Below are positions 1-10,216 of a stretch of 64,000 nucleotides of DNA, piece by piece. Each line of letters starts with the position of its first letter. Position 1 is the stretch's first letter. The DNA comes from an uncultured Candidatus Cloacimonadota bacterium (lineage in GTDB: Bacteria; Cloacimonadota; Cloacimonadia; Cloacimonadales; TCS61). Under the pieces are notes generated by a model, which was given only the letters and a program-made list of their open reading frames with translations, was not told where the DNA came from and did not search any database. Both the position numbers and the translations under genes were made by a program. The stretch lies in the NCBI GenBank assembly GCA_964521025.1, contig CAZFPK010000001.1, forward strand, positions 26,644 through 90,643, written 5' to 3'.

Positions 1-1499
1 ACAAATTTTAATTCCTGCATTTTTTTCTTATCGATAAAACTTGTTTCCTGGAATTCATCCAGATCATGATCCTGTCGGATTGTTTCCAGTACATATATCT
101 CATATTCATCTTGCTTTTCTAATTTGGAAAAATCATAACAGATGTCATATTTGTTCACATTTTGCAAAGCCATAAGCGAAGTATATCGTCCGCAGACAAT
201 AATTTTTTTATATGGATTTGTTTTGATAATCTCCTCATATACTTTTTTACCAAAATTGTTTATTGAGAATTCCAAATTCGTAAAATAATGAAAAATTCTA
301 TTAATATTCCAGGCATTACAGAAAATGATCAAGATTAAAACGGAAGTAAAAATTAAATCTGTATTTATATGGTTAAAATTCTTCGATCCTCTTAAAAATT
401 CTTTTATTATTACCGGTAATATCCCGATGAAATAACTAATCGGTACGATTAAAATAACTAAATATCTCGAAGCTTTATAACCGATAAATCCAAAAGCCAG
501 GACAAGACTGAAAAAAATCGAAATAAAAAATATCTCGATGATCCTGATCGTTCCATTTTTAATGAATTTATAAAATACTAAACCGATACTGATAAAAGAT
601 AAAAAAAATAACGACCAATTTTTCCAGACAAACGGCATAACGAGCAATTTTAAAAAATTTAATACAACCTGGATAGGATTGAAAAAATTACCGGAGACTT
701 TATTCCCGTAAATGATTTGAGAAATATTATTAAAGAGGATTACATTACTTTTTCTCAATAATAAAAGAATCAGCAGACATGAAAAAACCGAAATCGATAT
801 CGTCAAAATGAAATATAATAAATCATCTTTATTAAATTTTTTTTTATTATTCAGTCGATTTTTCCACGCAATTAAAATAAAAGTAATAAATATCGAAACG
901 AAGAAAAGAAGACCGGTTGTTTTTGTTAAGATCGAAATCGACAAAAATAATCCTGAAAATAGATAAAAGATCATCTTGTTTCTCTTCTTGGTAATTAATC
1001 CAAGATACAAAAAGATCATAGACACAAATCCGAAAAAGAACATCGGAATATCGAGAAAAGCCAGCCTGCTGTAGATCAAATAAATATGATTGGTGCAGAG
1101 AATGAAAATTGAAAGCGGTAGTATTATTTTTAGTCCGTTTTTTCTTTTTTTATAAGAGATAAAAACCAGGAATCCAAATGCAAAGATCAAAAGGTCCGAT
1201 AGAATCAGAGAGGGCAATCTTATTGAAATGAGTGATGTTCCAAAAATTTTCAAACTTAAATACTGGATCATCGGAATAACCGGCACGATTAGAATATGAT
1301 TGAAATTATCGCACAAGAAAGTGCCGGTCAATATTTTTTTTACGGCATTCGTAGCATAGAAACTTTCATCGGTATAAAATGCTCCACTGATAGTCGATGA
1401 GATATCGGGGTCTGCCTGGAATTTGTAAAGCCTGATGAGAAATGTAAAAATAGAAATTATAATTATTAAAAAAATTATATATTTATTAATACTGTTCAT
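1..1499 (-). CDS. Membrane GT-C glycosyltransferase, ArnT/PMT (GT39/GT83)-like; its 3' end lies outside the window
   Basis: Not in the ORF track (no stop in window). My translation of the minus strand from ATG 1499-1497 stays open to base 1: MNSINKYIIFLIIIISIFTFLIRLYKFQADPD..GAFYTDESFYATNAVKKILTG.. It has more than 10 hydrophobic spans and a first-loop DE motif (YTDESFY) as in ArnT/PMT enzymes. It starts 5 nt after the flippase gene stop on the same strand. Confidence 0.55.
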   Translation of the reverse strand, partial: MNSINKYIIFLIIIISIFTFLIRLYKFQADPDISSTISGAFYTDESFYATNAVKKILTGTFLCDNFNHILIVPVIPMIQYLSLKIFGTSLISIRLPSLILSDLLIFAFGFLVFISYKKRKNGLKIILPLSIFILCTNHIYLIYSRLAFLDIPMFFFGFVSMIFLYLGLITKKRNKMIFYLFSGLFLSISILTKTTGLLFFVSIFITFILIAWKNRLNNKKKFNKDDLLYFILTISISVFSCLLILLLLRKSNVILFNNISQIIYGNKVSGNFFNPIQVVLNFLKLLVMPFVWKNWSLFFLSFISIGLVFYKFIKNGTIRIIEIFFISIFFSLVLAFGFIGYKASRYLVILIVPISYFIGILPVIIKEFLRGSKNFNHINTDLIFTSVLILIIFCNAWNINRIFHYFTNLEFSINNFGKKVYEEIIKTNPYKKIIVCGRYTSLMALQNVNKYDICYDFSKLEKQDEYEIYVLETIRQDHDLDEFQETSFIDKKKMQELKF

Positions 1500-1503
1500 T
1501 GAT

Positions 1504-2973
1504 TTATTCGTATGAAATTTCTTCATATAATGAGTTTTTTAATTTCCGGAATTTATTATCCTTCAATAAATAAAATCCAAAAAATATAAGAAGAACAATA
1601 ACCAGAATTATTTTGATCAATGAAACTACCAAATTTACGGTTAATACAAAATTCCATGAGGAAAATAAAAACAAAACAATTAAAGTTAAGATCACCAACC
1701 CGAAATTATAACCGACAGGATAAACCTTTTCCGCAGCAAAAAAGTTGAAGATCACAATAAATAAATAGGCAAAGATCGAAGCTGCACCCGCACCATAAAT
1801 TCCAAATTTAGGAATTAGAAAATAATTAAACAGAATATTCAGTAATGCTCCGATCCCCACGGCAACAGCTATTTTCGCAGCTCTTTTTTTCACATAAAAA
1901 CTGATGTTTATGATATTAAAAACTCCAAGCAGAAAAGTAGATATAACTCCGAAGAAAACGATTTTTATCGCAGAATAATAGGCTTCATCAATAAATACAT
2001 TAAATATCTCAGCAGCAAAAAGAATGACCAGAACTCCTAAAATTCCTCCAAAGAAGAGATAATAATTAAAAACTTGTTTATACGATCTTTTTGCTTCCGG
2101 TTTGTCTGATATTCTCATAGCATAAGGAAAATAAACCATGCTGACCATCGAAACCAGGAACTGCATGATCATCCCGACTCGATAACCGATAGCATAAATC
2201 CCGACATCATGAAGCGAGTTCGGAGAAAGATAGGTCAACATATACCTATCAAACATGCGTAAAGTTATCATCGCGATAGTTCCGGGGATCATAATAATTC
2301 CAAACTTAAGCAGGTCTTTGACAAGCTGAAAGGAATAATATATTTTCTTGATCTTTGCTGAAACCAGTTCTAATAAAACCTTTCTTATCTCGAACAGAGC
2401 TGCGATGGTCGAACAAAAAGAGGAGATCGTTAAAAAAAGAAAAATACTGTTTATATTAAGTTTTTCCAGGATCGATCCAATTATGATCAAAACCAGGAAA
2501 AGAGTATTTTTCACGATCGAAAGAAGAGCATAATTCGCAGATCTTTCCATAATGTTCAAGAAACTGAGCGTCATTCCGTAAATCGCATCGAAAAATAAGA
2601 TGAGACTGATCAGGATAAAAATTTGGTGATAAACTTCAGTTCTTACGATCAGTAATGATAATCGACTCTTAAAAACAATGATCAATAAGGAAAGAACAAT
2701 TCCTGAAATTAGTAAAGTTATATAAATCGTAGAAATTATTGTGAATTTATATTCGCTGTTTTTTTTTTGATAAAAATAAGAAAAAACCGCTTGCTGCATT
2801 CCGAGGAAATAAACGAGACCGGCAAAAGAAATAAAGATCATTAAATTCGCATAAACTGCGAATTCTTCAGGCAGCATCAAACGCGTAAAGATTGGAAGTA
2901 AAAATAAATGCAATAGTTTATTGAACAGGTTTCCAGCTGTGTATTCTAATGTTTTTTTGAAGTATTTTTTCAT
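1504..2973 (-). CDS. wzx: Wzx-type polysaccharide/oligosaccharide flippase (MOP superfamily)
   Basis: 489 aa, roughly 12-14 TM helices throughout. N-terminus ..AGNLFNKLLHLFLLPIFTRLMLPEEFAVY.. is typical of polysaccharide-biosynthesis (Wzx) proteins. It lies inside a glycosyltransferase operon. Confidence 0.7.
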   Translation of the reverse strand: MKKYFKKTLEYTAGNLFNKLLHLFLLPIFTRLMLPEEFAVYANLMIFISFAGLVYFLGMQQAVFSYFYQKKNSEYKFTIISTIYITLLISGIVLSLLIIVFKSRLSLLIVRTEVYHQIFILISLILFFDAIYGMTLSFLNIMERSANYALLSIVKNTLFLVLIIIGSILEKLNINSIFLFLTISSFCSTIAALFEIRKVLLELVSAKIKKIYYSFQLVKDLLKFGIIMIPGTIAMITLRMFDRYMLTYLSPNSLHDVGIYAIGYRVGMIMQFLVSMVSMVYFPYAMRISDKPEAKRSYKQVFNYYLFFGGILGVLVILFAAEIFNVFIDEAYYSAIKIVFFGVISTFLLGVFNIINISFYVKKRAAKIAVAVGIGALLNILFNYFLIPKFGIYGAGAASIFAYLFIVIFNFFAAEKVYPVGYNFGLVILTLIVLFLFSSWNFVLTVNLVVSLIKIILVIVLLIFFGFYLLKDNKFRKLKNSLYEEISYE

Positions 2974-2985
2974 AAAGTTTTATTC

Positions 2986-3154
2986 ACTTTCCCGTAGCTT
3001 CCCTCAAAGGAACTCTCTCATTTAAGATTCGGAAAACTTTTTTTGGAGTGCATTAACCGTGTTGATGTAAAAAAATCCAGGTGAATTATCAAATCTATCC
3101 AACCTTCCGAATCCTCAATCGAGAGAAAGATTGGTATAAGACTTCGGAAGGTGG
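2986..3154. repeat. Dual-hairpin TTCCGAA intergenic repeat, copy A (same family as 43547..43686 and 51054..51190)
   Basis: ctttcccgtagcttccctcaaaggaactctctcatttaagattcggaaaac ... aaccttccgaatcctc..N..gacttcggaaggtgg. Both hairpin arms and the internal gaaYtctctca block align with the other two copies by eye. Confidence 0.7.
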
Positions 3155-3155
3155 T

Positions 3156-4190
3156 TTATTTCATTATTTCGAGATACATCTGCTTTGTTTGTTCAGCGAT
3201 CTTTTCCCAGGTAAAATTCTGCAAAATATGATTTTTTAAATCGCTTCTTCTTTCTTTGAGCAACGAGTGTTCGATCCCTTCTTTTATTGATTCGACAGAA
3301 TGCGGATTCACATAATCAGCCAGCTCAAGGAAATACTCTCTGGTTCCGCCAAAAGGAGTAATCACGATATTTGCTCCGGCTAAACCAGCTTCCAGGGCAG
3401 CTCTTCCAGGCGTTTCATAACGGGTCGGAAGAATAAAAGTTTTGCAGGCTGCATAAGCAGATTCCAATAGAGGATCATCATGGTCGAGCCATTCGATCAA
3501 CAAAATTTTCTCGGTTTTCTCTATTTCTTTCCGGCACCAGTTTCCTTCTTCATTATGCAGAATATCAGCGATTATAACAGACGGATGATCAATTTTTTGG
3601 AGTGCTTTGATGATGTTTTTTCCATTTTTGCGAACCGGTCCGAGATGTCCGACATAAAGAATAAAATCTTTGATCCCGTATTTTTTTGTAAACAGTTCCG
3701 GATCAGAATCCAGAAATCTTTCCTCGACCCCGTTATGAATGATCTTAATTTTATCTTTATTAATTCCAAGTCCAAGATCTAGAAGTTCCCCTTCCTCTTT
3801 GGTATTGGGAAGTACCATTGCGGATGCTTCACAAATTTCCCTGGTCAGGCTGTAGTCGGAATATGTTCTTTTAAAGATCTTGTGGAACGGCTTTTCCAGA
3901 GTTTGATAAATTTTTAATATTTTGGCGGAATGATTACTAAAAAAAATCGGATTTACAACGAACTTTGCTCCGAAAGATTTCAGATTCATTGCCAGATCAA
4001 AAGTGCTGATACTCGCATTAAAAATATGGACAAGATCGTTTTCCCCGATTTTGAGGTTTTTATCCCACATATCAAAAAGCCTGACATCGATCCCGATTTT
4101 TTCCAGGTTTTTTCTCAGATGGATTATTTTATAAGTCGGTCCCCCGCGATTCAGCATCAAAGTCTGGTAACCGGCAAAATATATTTTCAT
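3156..4190 (-). CDS. Glycosyltransferase, GT-B fold (GT4/Glycos_transf_1)
   Basis: 344 aa. C-terminal signature ..FILPTRYETPGRAALEAGLAGANIVITPFGGTREYF.. (E-x7-E type). 4-nt overlap with the upstream gene. Confidence 0.8.
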   Translation of the reverse strand: MKIYFAGYQTLMLNRGGPTYKIIHLRKNLEKIGIDVRLFDMWDKNLKIGENDLVHIFNASISTFDLAMNLKSFGAKFVVNPIFFSNHSAKILKIYQTLEKPFHKIFKRTYSDYSLTREICEASAMVLPNTKEEGELLDLGLGINKDKIKIIHNGVEERFLDSDPELFTKKYGIKDFILYVGHLGPVRKNGKNIIKALQKIDHPSVIIADILHNEEGNWCRKEIEKTEKILLIEWLDHDDPLLESAYAACKTFILPTRYETPGRAALEAGLAGANIVITPFGGTREYFLELADYVNPHSVESIKEGIEHSLLKERRSDLKNHILQNFTWEKIAEQTKQMYLEIMK

Positions 4191-5728
4191 TGTTGTGCTT
4201 TACCCTTCTTATTCTCCCTATCATACAAAACATCGCGCCAGTGCTTTTTCCTGATATTTTTTATATTAGATGGGATCCTGAGCACTTCCTTTTTTTCCCA
4301 ATCTAAGTCTGCCAAAGAAATTTCCTTATTATATTTTACCAGAGCATAATTTTTATCTACATTAATCCTGATAAAGAAATCTTCTTTGTTACTTTCTGAG
4401 ATAATTTTATCTCCTACTAATTTTTGATTTAATCTAATTCTACTTCTTTTTTCCCACCAGTCAGCAAATTCGGAAAAATCTGCTTTCCAGATATTCTGCT
4501 CTTCGATTTTCATAAAAAGTTTTTCAATAACATTAAACTTTTGATGGGCAGGATGATGATAAACAACAATTGGTTCCAGCAGCAGCTTTTGATGTTTGAT
4601 CAAATAATAATAATACTGGATCATTTCACTTTCCGAAAAATGGGATCTTCGTAATCTTCCCGGACTTATCGGGTGAACCGGTATCTGCAGGACTTTTGAA
4701 AACCGTTCATCAAAATACGGATAAAAAGGAAAATTATCATAATCAAGACAGAACTCAGAACTGTATTTAAAATTTAATTCTTCAAAAATTTTTCCGAGTT
4801 GCGGATTCCATTCACCGTACGGTGAAACAAATCCCGAAGTAATGATATTGTTTTCTTTTAATTTGCTTAATCCGAGATTGATATTTTCATAATCCTTGCG
4901 AAAATTATTAAAGATAATATGACGAAAACAATGCAAACCGATTTCCTGGTCTGATTCCATTGATTTATAAACTTTAGCTAACATCTCATCCGAAACCGTA
5001 TCAACGAACCAACTCCCGTTTATATGATATCTGCGACAGATCTCCCAAAGCGAATTAGCATCTTTTTCCGAGCAAAAATCAGTGTCAACACGGAAGAGGA
5101 AAGCTTGTTTAATATTTTCAGGATAATACCATAAATGAACAAAGGGAAGTTTGCGGTTATTAAATAAATAGGAAAGAGATAACCTGACAAGTTTCCTGAT
5201 TTTGCCTTTCGAAACTTTTGCTACGATTTCCGAAGGAAGTTCTTTTCTCATAAAATAGAATTTTTTCCTGAGAGATTCGTAATTTAGAATCAAAGAATTA
5301 ATATCAAAGGGAAATACGATCAACATTCCTTTTCCTAAATTCTTGAAAACTATACGCAAATTTATATCAACAAAGAAAAGACTTTTATCGTGCAGAATCT
5401 GCATCTCGGAATGAAAATCGATCAAACCGATATTGGAATAAATTGACTTATCACTGGCGATCAGGTAAGAGACTTTTTTTGTTTTGAATTTCTTTTTAAA
5501 AATAGCAGCGTAAGACTTTGCTTCAAAAATTACGGCTCCGCCGGCTTTTAAATAATTCGAGATAATATTTTCATCATCCGCACGGATCGATGAAGTAACA
5601 ATGAGAACAGCGTAATTTTCAGGATCGATCTGGTTTTGTAATTGTATTTTTTCATAAGTTATACCTTCCTGGTTAAGAATTATTTCCCAGCCCGGTTGGG
5701 AACCAAAAACACCAACCTTCAGTTCCAT
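4187..5728 (-). CDS. Polysaccharide deacetylase-like protein (CE4/NodB-like, tentative) with an N-terminal alpha/beta domain
   Basis: 513 aa. Central block FLFRVDTDF..NGSWFVDTVS..EIGLHCFRH resembles NodB-type motifs. The C-terminal FADWWEKR is shared with the 12633..14360 product (IAAWWEKR). Overlaps both neighbours, indicating coupling. Confidence 0.45.
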   Translation of the reverse strand: MELKVGVFGSQPGWEIILNQEGITYEKIQLQNQIDPENYAVLIVTSSIRADDENIISNYLKAGGAVIFEAKSYAAIFKKKFKTKKVSYLIASDKSIYSNIGLIDFHSEMQILHDKSLFFVDINLRIVFKNLGKGMLIVFPFDINSLILNYESLRKKFYFMRKELPSEIVAKVSKGKIRKLVRLSLSYLFNNRKLPFVHLWYYPENIKQAFLFRVDTDFCSEKDANSLWEICRRYHINGSWFVDTVSDEMLAKVYKSMESDQEIGLHCFRHIIFNNFRKDYENINLGLSKLKENNIITSGFVSPYGEWNPQLGKIFEELNFKYSSEFCLDYDNFPFYPYFDERFSKVLQIPVHPISPGRLRRSHFSESEMIQYYYYLIKHQKLLLEPIVVYHHPAHQKFNVIEKLFMKIEEQNIWKADFSEFADWWEKRSRIRLNQKLVGDKIISESNKEDFFIRINVDKNYALVKYNKEISLADLDWEKKEVLRIPSNIKNIRKKHWRDVLYDRENKKGKAQQ

Positions 5729-6720
5729 AAAATCTCCTTTATTACTTTGTTCAAATCTTCTTCTCTTTTCCCGAGTGGAAACATTTTTCTCGCTCGTTCC
5801 CTGACCCGATCTATATTTTCTGACAATAAAGCTTCTTTGATCGCTTCCACAGTTTCATCCGCATTTCCGTAATGAACATAAAAACCTGTATCTCCAACAA
5901 CTTCCGGCAAGGCTCCGTTTCTCGTTACTACCGGGATACAACCGCAATTCATCGCTTCCAGCAAAGCAAGACCAAACGATTCCCGATAAGAAATCTGGCA
6001 ATATACTTTTGCTTTTCGGAGCCATTCAAGAGTATCTTTTTTTGATAATTTTCCGGTAAATAAAATATGGGGAGCAATCTCTTTCAAATAATTGTATGTC
6101 TCATTATCATATTCTCCGATAATGACAAATCCTGCATCCGAGAACTTTTTGGCTGCTTTGGCAAAAGTATCGAGCCCCTTAAGTTTCATAATATTTCTGG
6201 ATTTTTTTTGCGACTTTCCAACAGTAACAACAATATTTTCTTTTTTATAGTTATATCTTCCAAAGCCAAAGTCTTCACCAAGACAGATTTTTTTAACTTT
6301 ACTTATATCAGTAAATTTTCTGATTTCATTTGTACTAAAATCTGATATTGTTAATATTTGATCTGCATTTTTCAGGACATAATTTATTTTCAGTCGAGAA
6401 AAAAAAGTCAGCTGACCACCGTAATTGAATTCCGGGACTTTTGTAAGCTCATACCCGGCGATCACCACGATTGTTTTTTTCTTTAATAATCCGGAACAAA
6501 AAATAACCAGCAAAGCCAGGAAATCCGCAAACCAGATAAACGAAATATCCGACCATAAAACACCTTTAAATATTTCCGGAATTCTTCGTAAGTTTTTTTT
6601 CCAGTTGGATATGATCAAAGTTCTGACATGATGATTTTTTTTTAAAATTGATAGATCTGTTTTGACATAAGTTGAATTATAAGCAGAAACAAACAATATT
6701 TTAGCTGATTTTTTTTCCAT
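5719..6720 (-). CDS. Glycosyltransferase, GT-B fold (GT4)
   Basis: ..SYRESFGLALLEAMNCGCIPVVTRNGALPEVVGDTG.. I moved the start to ATG 6720 (MEKKSAKILFVSAY) because the longer track ORF (to 6807) would overlap the upstream gene by 80 nt. Confidence 0.8.
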   Translation of the reverse strand: MEKKSAKILFVSAYNSTYVKTDLSILKKNHHVRTLIISNWKKNLRRIPEIFKGVLWSDISFIWFADFLALLVIFCSGLLKKKTIVVIAGYELTKVPEFNYGGQLTFFSRLKINYVLKNADQILTISDFSTNEIRKFTDISKVKKICLGEDFGFGRYNYKKENIVVTVGKSQKKSRNIMKLKGLDTFAKAAKKFSDAGFVIIGEYDNETYNYLKEIAPHILFTGKLSKKDTLEWLRKAKVYCQISYRESFGLALLEAMNCGCIPVVTRNGALPEVVGDTGFYVHYGNADETVEAIKEALLSENIDRVRERARKMFPLGKREEDLNKVIKEILWN

Positions 6721-6725
6721 CGAAC

Positions 6726-9164
6726 TTACCTGATCAAAGCAAATTTTCCCCTGGCAATTTGTCCGTCGTTTGTATGAACAACATAAAAATAGATACCTGA
6801 ACTGCATTTATAGCCGAATTTGTTCAATCCATCCCAGCTGAATTGCTGGAAATAATTTTTTTGCAGCTCGATGACAAAATCTCCATTCAGATCGTAAATA
6901 TTGCAGAAAGTATCACCTTTCGGCATGGTCAGGCTCGAGATATTTTCAATTCTTAAAATTTCATCGTATTCAGGATAGAACGGATTTGGATACACTATGA
7001 CATTTCTTAACTTTATTTCTTTATTTTCTTGAGGAGCGATCCCGATCTCGAATGAATTCAATCCTTCATCCGTACCAACATACAAAGTTCCTGTTACCGG
7101 TTCATAGGCGAAAGAAGTGATCGTATTGGAAAGCAGGGGATATTTTTCTTTGGTAATATTCGTAAATTCATCGAGATAATAAGCTTCCGGTTGATAGAGA
7201 GTTATGCCGTTATCCTGCGTTCCGATCCAGATGCGGTTGAACGGATCGACAAATAAAGCTGTCGGGTAAGTATAGGCTGCTCCATACAGTTTTTCCTGTG
7301 GATTTTCTCCACCGATATAAAGATATTCAGGATCGTTATCGATATAATCCCAACTGTTATTATCATAATATTTCTTCTTGATAACAGTTCCGTATTTATA
7401 CCAGTAATCTCCGTCGAACATGAAAAGCCCGGCCGAGGATGCGATCCAGATTTCTTTATGATTCCAAATTTCTCTGGATTTTATATCAAAAATCTGAACA
7501 TAATCTAAATCATTAAATGGTGTTTTTGACCAAAGAGGATCATCTGTTATAGGGTCGGATGTATCATTCCAGATCCTCAATCCGGATAAAAGACCCCCAA
7601 AATATATCTTATCATTTCCAAAGAAAATATAAACCGGATCCATATCTTTATCTCCATCAGGAGATACATAAGCTTCATACATCTCAAAATCTGTTACCAA
7701 ATCCCAGTTTTCATTTAATATTGAAATATAACCTGTTGAACCACCATAAGAACAAATCCACATTCGGTTTGTGCTATCCATCGTAATAAAACTAATAGTA
7801 TTATTTCCCAAACCATCTGATGATGTAATGCTTTCCCAAGTATTATTAAAATCATCGAAAACAGAAATTCCATTCAACCAACCATGTTCAATATTACTTC
7901 CCCAGGCACCAAACCACTTCCTGTTTTGATGATCTACACAAATCGAGTAAATATTGTTATTTCTTAACGGGGAATCTTCGGCTGTATAATTAGTCCAATG
8001 AGTTCCATTAAAACTTCCTACACCTTTCGTACCTTTTGAAGTTGCCAGATGACCCTTATGCCCGTTTGTTACCCACACAATATCATTCTTATCGATAATA
8101 ACATCTTTTACTACATTAGCGATTATGCAATTAGTCTCAATTTTTGGACTCCATTCAAGACTATCAAAAAATAAAAATCCTTCACCCCAAGTATAAATAC
8201 ATAATTTTTCACCGATATTGGAGAAACCCATAATTTTGGTTGAATTTAAGCCTAAATCATCCTTGTCCCAACTTTCTATTGTTGATTCGGTTATTTTTTT
8301 AACTGCTATATCCGAATCATCGATTATATCCAGTTTGTCTTCATTCCAAAAACCATAACTAAACCATAAAGCATATTCATTATCGATAAAAACAGGAAAA
8401 ATACTCTGATCTGTCTCATAAATCTGCCACTGCTGGAAATTAAAAAAATCAGTTGTCTGGATCACTCCATTTTCAGTACCGATTGCAATGTGTTCGTCTT
8501 TGACAGAAATTGAAGTTATTTTATTACTCAATAAAAGAGAGTTATCAACATTAACATTGTTCCAGGCATTTAAAACATTTAACGAATCAATATGAACAAA
8601 ATCTAATCCGTAAATACTGCCACAAATCAAATAATCATCTTCCGTTAAATTTATCGAAGTAATATCATTGCTGGAGAGTCCACTATTGATCGTGTAATTA
8701 TTAAGCAGTACCGGAAAAGGAAACTCCGGTTTATCAATGAACACGCTAATTCCATTTTGAGTAGCAATATATATCAGAGAATCTTTATGAATGATTTCGT
8801 TGACAGCATTCGAACTTAAGCCAGTAGTTTCATTTATAGACATTAGCAGAATATTACCATACAATCTACTTATTCCTTCATTCTTTGATCCGACCAAGAG
8901 AGTAGAATTCTCTTCAATAAAATCTAACGCTCTTATTTCATTATCACATAATCCGTCGACAACTGTCATCGTAGTCTCAAGATTATTATCAATCTTATCA
9001 TAAACCAATACTCCACCCCAGGTAGCAATGTAATATTTCTCATCTGTTTGTTCTATATCAAAAATATGATTTGTATTTGTATAAACTTTCCAATTTTTCG
9101 CAAAAACGCTAAGCAGTAAATAGGGTGTAAATAAAATTATTAAAAATAAACTGTTTTTCTTCAC
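6726..9164 (-). CDS. Secreted beta-propeller repeat protein (two-component-regulator-propeller-like blades) with T9SS type-A/FlgD-Ig-like C-terminal sorting domain
   Basis: GTG start 2 nt after the wecA-like stop. Signal peptide MKKNSLFLIILFTPYLLLSVFA. Recurrent blades (..YIATWGGVLVYD.., ..YIATQNGISVF.., ..IAIGTENGVIQT.., ..IWIGTQDNGITLY.., ..LYVGTDEGLNSFE..). C-terminus VIVYPNPFYP..NIYDLNGDFV..SWDG..SGIYFYVV..GKFALIR. Confidence 0.7.
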   Translation of the reverse strand: MKKNSLFLIILFTPYLLLSVFAKNWKVYTNTNHIFDIEQTDEKYYIATWGGVLVYDKIDNNLETTMTVVDGLCDNEIRALDFIEENSTLLVGSKNEGISRLYGNILLMSINETTGLSSNAVNEIIHKDSLIYIATQNGISVFIDKPEFPFPVLLNNYTINSGLSSNDITSINLTEDDYLICGSIYGLDFVHIDSLNVLNAWNNVNVDNSLLLSNKITSISVKDEHIAIGTENGVIQTTDFFNFQQWQIYETDQSIFPVFIDNEYALWFSYGFWNEDKLDIIDDSDIAVKKITESTIESWDKDDLGLNSTKIMGFSNIGEKLCIYTWGEGFLFFDSLEWSPKIETNCIIANVVKDVIIDKNDIVWVTNGHKGHLATSKGTKGVGSFNGTHWTNYTAEDSPLRNNNIYSICVDHQNRKWFGAWGSNIEHGWLNGISVFDDFNNTWESITSSDGLGNNTISFITMDSTNRMWICSYGGSTGYISILNENWDLVTDFEMYEAYVSPDGDKDMDPVYIFFGNDKIYFGGLLSGLRIWNDTSDPITDDPLWSKTPFNDLDYVQIFDIKSREIWNHKEIWIASSAGLFMFDGDYWYKYGTVIKKKYYDNNSWDYIDNDPEYLYIGGENPQEKLYGAAYTYPTALFVDPFNRIWIGTQDNGITLYQPEAYYLDEFTNITKEKYPLLSNTITSFAYEPVTGTLYVGTDEGLNSFEIGIAPQENKEIKLRNVIVYPNPFYPEYDEILRIENISSLTMPKGDTFCNIYDLNGDFVIELQKNYFQQFSWDGLNKFGYKCSSGIYFYVVHTNDGQIARGKFALIR

Positions 9165-9166
9165 AA

Positions 9167-10216
9167 TTAAAACTCCTGTTTATAAACTATAAATATTAAT
9201 ATAACCAACACTAATAAGAATAGCAATAGCAAAATTCCTAAAAGTATCTCTTTGGCAGTAAAAGAAAATCCAAAAGCAATAAGCCCAAATAAAAATGTTA
9301 TGAAGTAACAGATTAAATTTATTGTTTTCTGGGAAAATCCCAAATCTACAAGTTTATGATGGAGATGTTCTTTATCTGCTAGAAAAATATTTTTCTTGCC
9401 TTTAATTCTTCTGAAAATTGTTAGAACAGTATCACTGATAGGAATAACAAGTGCTGAAATCGGTATTAACATTGTGGTTGTAGCGATTCCTTTACATTGT
9501 GATGTACCGATAACAGTTATTCCTGCAATATTCAATCCAATAAAAAGACTACCTGTATCACCCAAAAAGATCTTTGCTGGATAAAAATTGTATTTTAGAA
9601 AAGCTAGATTTGTTCCAATAAATGGAATTGATAAGAATATTAAAATTATGTTGTTTTTTTTAATACCTACAGCTAATAATACTAAAGCAACGATCATACA
9701 AATACCCGAAGCAAGTCCATCCAAGCCATCTATTAAATTGAATGCATTAATAACCAATAAAAACCAGATAATTGTCAATGGATACGAAAATAAACCCGGA
9801 TCAATATCGCTTCCAAAAGGATTTGTAAGCAATTCTATCCTAAAACCGGATAAGCACATAATCAACGCGATTATGATCAGGAATAATAACTTATATTTTG
9901 CTGTAATTTTTTTTTTATCATCCAAATAACCAAGAAAAAAAATAATTAAACCACCGAGTGCGAGAATTAATACTTTAAATGCTTCGGATTTATCCAAACC
10001 AAAAAATCCGGATTGCCAATAAAATATTATTTGAATTACGACGATCGGAATTACTAAAGACATTCCACCGGCAAGAGGAATTTCGTTTTTATGAATTCCT
10101 CTTTTATGGGGAATATCAATTAATCCAAATCGTTTTGAAAATCTAATATTCAAAGGAACTAAGAATAATGTAATTCCATAGGAAAATATTAAAACAACCA
10201 GTAATTTGAATAACAT
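9167..10216 (-). CDS. Polyprenyl-phosphate HexNAc-1-phosphate transferase (WecA/WbpL/MraY family), initiating transferase
   Basis: 349 aa, about 10 TM. Family motifs ..INAFNLIDGLDGLASG.. and ..IFLGDTGSLFIGL... Its start shares base 10216 with the upstream gene's stop. Confidence 0.85.
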   Translation of the reverse strand: MLFKLLVVLIFSYGITLFLVPLNIRFSKRFGLIDIPHKRGIHKNEIPLAGGMSLVIPIVVIQIIFYWQSGFFGLDKSEAFKVLILALGGLIIFFLGYLDDKKKITAKYKLLFLIIIALIMCLSGFRIELLTNPFGSDIDPGLFSYPLTIIWFLLVINAFNLIDGLDGLASGICMIVALVLLAVGIKKNNIILIFLSIPFIGTNLAFLKYNFYPAKIFLGDTGSLFIGLNIAGITVIGTSQCKGIATTTMLIPISALVIPISDTVLTIFRRIKGKKNIFLADKEHLHHKLVDLGFSQKTINLICYFITFLFGLIAFGFSFTAKEILLGILLLLFLLVLVILIFIVYKQEF